Assembly (NCBI GenBank): GCA_022813965.1
Contig: JALDZS010000063.1
Location: forward strand, 1 to 64,000
Direction of reading: 5' to 3'
Source of the DNA: Toensbergia leucococca
Lineage: Eukaryota
DNA: 64,000 bases
Shown: positions 62,204-64,000 of the stretch, piece by piece
How positions within the stretch are numbered: position 1 is the stretch's first letter
How the letters are laid out: each line of letters begins with the position of its first letter
The notes under the pieces: generated by a model
Told to the model about the DNA's origin: nothing
The model's database searches: none
The model's input: only the letters and a program-made list of their open reading frames with translations
Position numbers and translations under genes: made by a program

Positions 62204-63198
62204 ATACCGCTGGGACCGTGTGGTACCAAATTCCCATCGGAGTCTTGGTCAGAGCTTACAATCTCGAGCCAAGACACTGTAGGTAGGAATCAAAACCGAT
62301 TCTAGGGTAGATATTGGGAGTTCACGGCTGCTGCGATCGCAACATCAAAGCTGCTGACTGAATCATCCCAGTCGCACTGAGGCTTTTGGATCACGCTCTG
62401 TTTTTTCAACAAGAACACGAAGGTTCAACAGACTCAAGGCGCTCTCCGTCTTTAGTGGAGCACTTCAACTTGCTCCACTATCTCCTTGTCTTGGATTTCT
62501 ACGTATTGCGATTTGCTGAGCTAAGATAGCTTGATTTTTCTCATACTGTAACTTCCTCTGGTTGGGCTTCTGGAGGTGCCTAAAAGTTTTCTTGCGATAG
62601 TCACATCTAGTCTGGTTCGGCGAGAAAAAGTTACAATGGTCTAGCTATCTCTGAACAAGCCGATTGTACTTGTGCAATCAAAAATATCGTCGAATAATGT
62701 ACAGGTATCCATTGGCACTTTGTGTATTTTCCGCAGCGCGAATCTTTATTACTTTAATCACTCCTGGAAGCCATTGAGTCTCGGCCATTGGATGCCTTCT
62801 TTCGTTGAGAAAATCACTGATTGGCGAGATGGGCTGACGCCCGATGTATCTTTCCGGGCGTTTCCATCTTAGCTGCAGGTTATGTACGTGGCAAGGAACA
62901 CGGATTGGGTCCACCAGATACTTTGCAACGCAGAGAGTAACGTAGCTCTTGACGACAATATCAGGTACCAATTCCATTAGTCTGGGTTGCCCTGCTTTAG
63001 CGTGTTTTACAGGGTATCGATTGTAGGTAGGTAGGACTGCATACCTAGGTAGGTAAAGTGAATACAAGAAAGATCAAAGAACATCCGTTTGTGTCAACCC
63101 ATCTCGCCTCACGACTGTGTTTGCTTTTCACCTCAGCTTGACATCACCTGAAGAGCAGCCTAAAGAGCAGCAACTGCCTCTTCTCCACATCAACTGCA

Positions 63199-64000
63199 AT
63201 GCCTGTTTCGCACATCGGCCTGATCGTTTCCCATCTTCCAACCTCTTGCTCCTTCTTTCTGGAAGCCCTCTCGCCTCTTGGCTATCGGTACATTGGCCAG
63301 CAAGGCAATCAGATCGGATTCGGCGTTCAAACCGCCGACTTTTTCATTTGCCAACAAACTGCAGAGTAATCCATTCCTTATGGACAGATAGAACGCCAGT
63401 CACAGATACTCATCACTTGGTGCAGGTATAAAGCCGGTGCGGCACACGTCGCGTTCACTGCTGCTTCCCGCAGCGTTGTTGATGCCTTCTTTTCCGCTGC
63501 CTTGAAAGCAGGCGGTCGCTCTCACGGTGCGCCTGCTGTTCGCGACCAAGAGACTGGATATTACAGCGCGGCTGTCCTCGACTTTGACGGTAACTCTATC
63601 GAAGTGACCTCTCGTGAAAAAAAGACTGAAATCCCTGAATCCTCAACAATGGGTTCTTCGGAGGGCAGCCGGGTGTTAGAGTGGCAGAAGGATGTCGCAA
63701 AAAGTACAGCTGGCCATCGAGCAGAGGGTGCAAGAAGCACCGCTAGAATAACTGTCAACAATGTTTCGAGGCCCACTGTCGTTGTCTCCCATTCTCAGTC
63801 CGCTCTCAAATCTAGTGGCGATATGAGTACGAAGGCCCTCATCGGCACAATTCTGGGCGCTGCAGCAGGCGCAGCCGTCGCTTACGCCATGACTAAAGGC
63901 GAAGCAGAAAGCTCATACGCATCAGGTTCCACAAGCTTAGTATATCCAGCCATTCAAGCAGCGACTCTTCCACCAGCCCGGTCCGTAGTGATCTCACGAC
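63199..64000 (+). CDS. Glyoxalase/bleomycin-resistance (VOC) fold protein with low-complexity tail, 3'-partial; absent from the ORF track
   Basis: MPVSHIGLIVSHLPTSCSFFLEALSPLGYRY..IGFG..|..AHVAFTA.SRSVVDAFFSAALKAGG..HGAPAVR..YYSAAVLDFDGNSIEV. Intron ~63366-63425; the frame runs off the window end. Confidence 0.82.

Overview
Gene-dense, intron-containing chromosomal DNA from a filamentous ascomycete (Pezizomycotina; GT..AG introns with CTRAC/CTAAC branch points). About 28 protein-coding genes can be supported, mostly housekeeping: a Zn2Cys6 transcription factor, a GT1 sterol-glucosyltransferase-like gene, SNF1, an MFS permease, NCE102, MIM2, COX9, RACK1/CPC2 with an intronic U24 snoRNA, an MGR3-like TPR gene, SRAP/HMCES, an isochorismatase-AlkB-GST fusion, ECH1, TFB5, ORM1, AIR1/2, CRP1/MDG1, cytosolic TrpRS, a serine racemase/dehydratase, ILV5, a CorA-like gene, EMG1 and a partial glyoxalase-fold gene. 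There is also one clear BTB/POZ pseudogene and a frameshifted cysteine-containing secreted-protein candidate. No tRNA, rRNA, CRISPR array or intact transposon was seen. The most notable unexplained signals are: (1) strand-asymmetric CA-rich/GT-rich skew islands at convergent gene junctions that override codon usage; (2) a 43-aa single-pass membrane micro-ORF at one skew flip; (3) SRAP directly upstream of an AlkB fusion with an altered isochorismatase triad, with TFB5 nearby; (4) a U24 snoRNA with one degenerate guide; (5) recurring TACGGA promoter motifs and palindromes. Exon boundaries were read by eye and are approximate.
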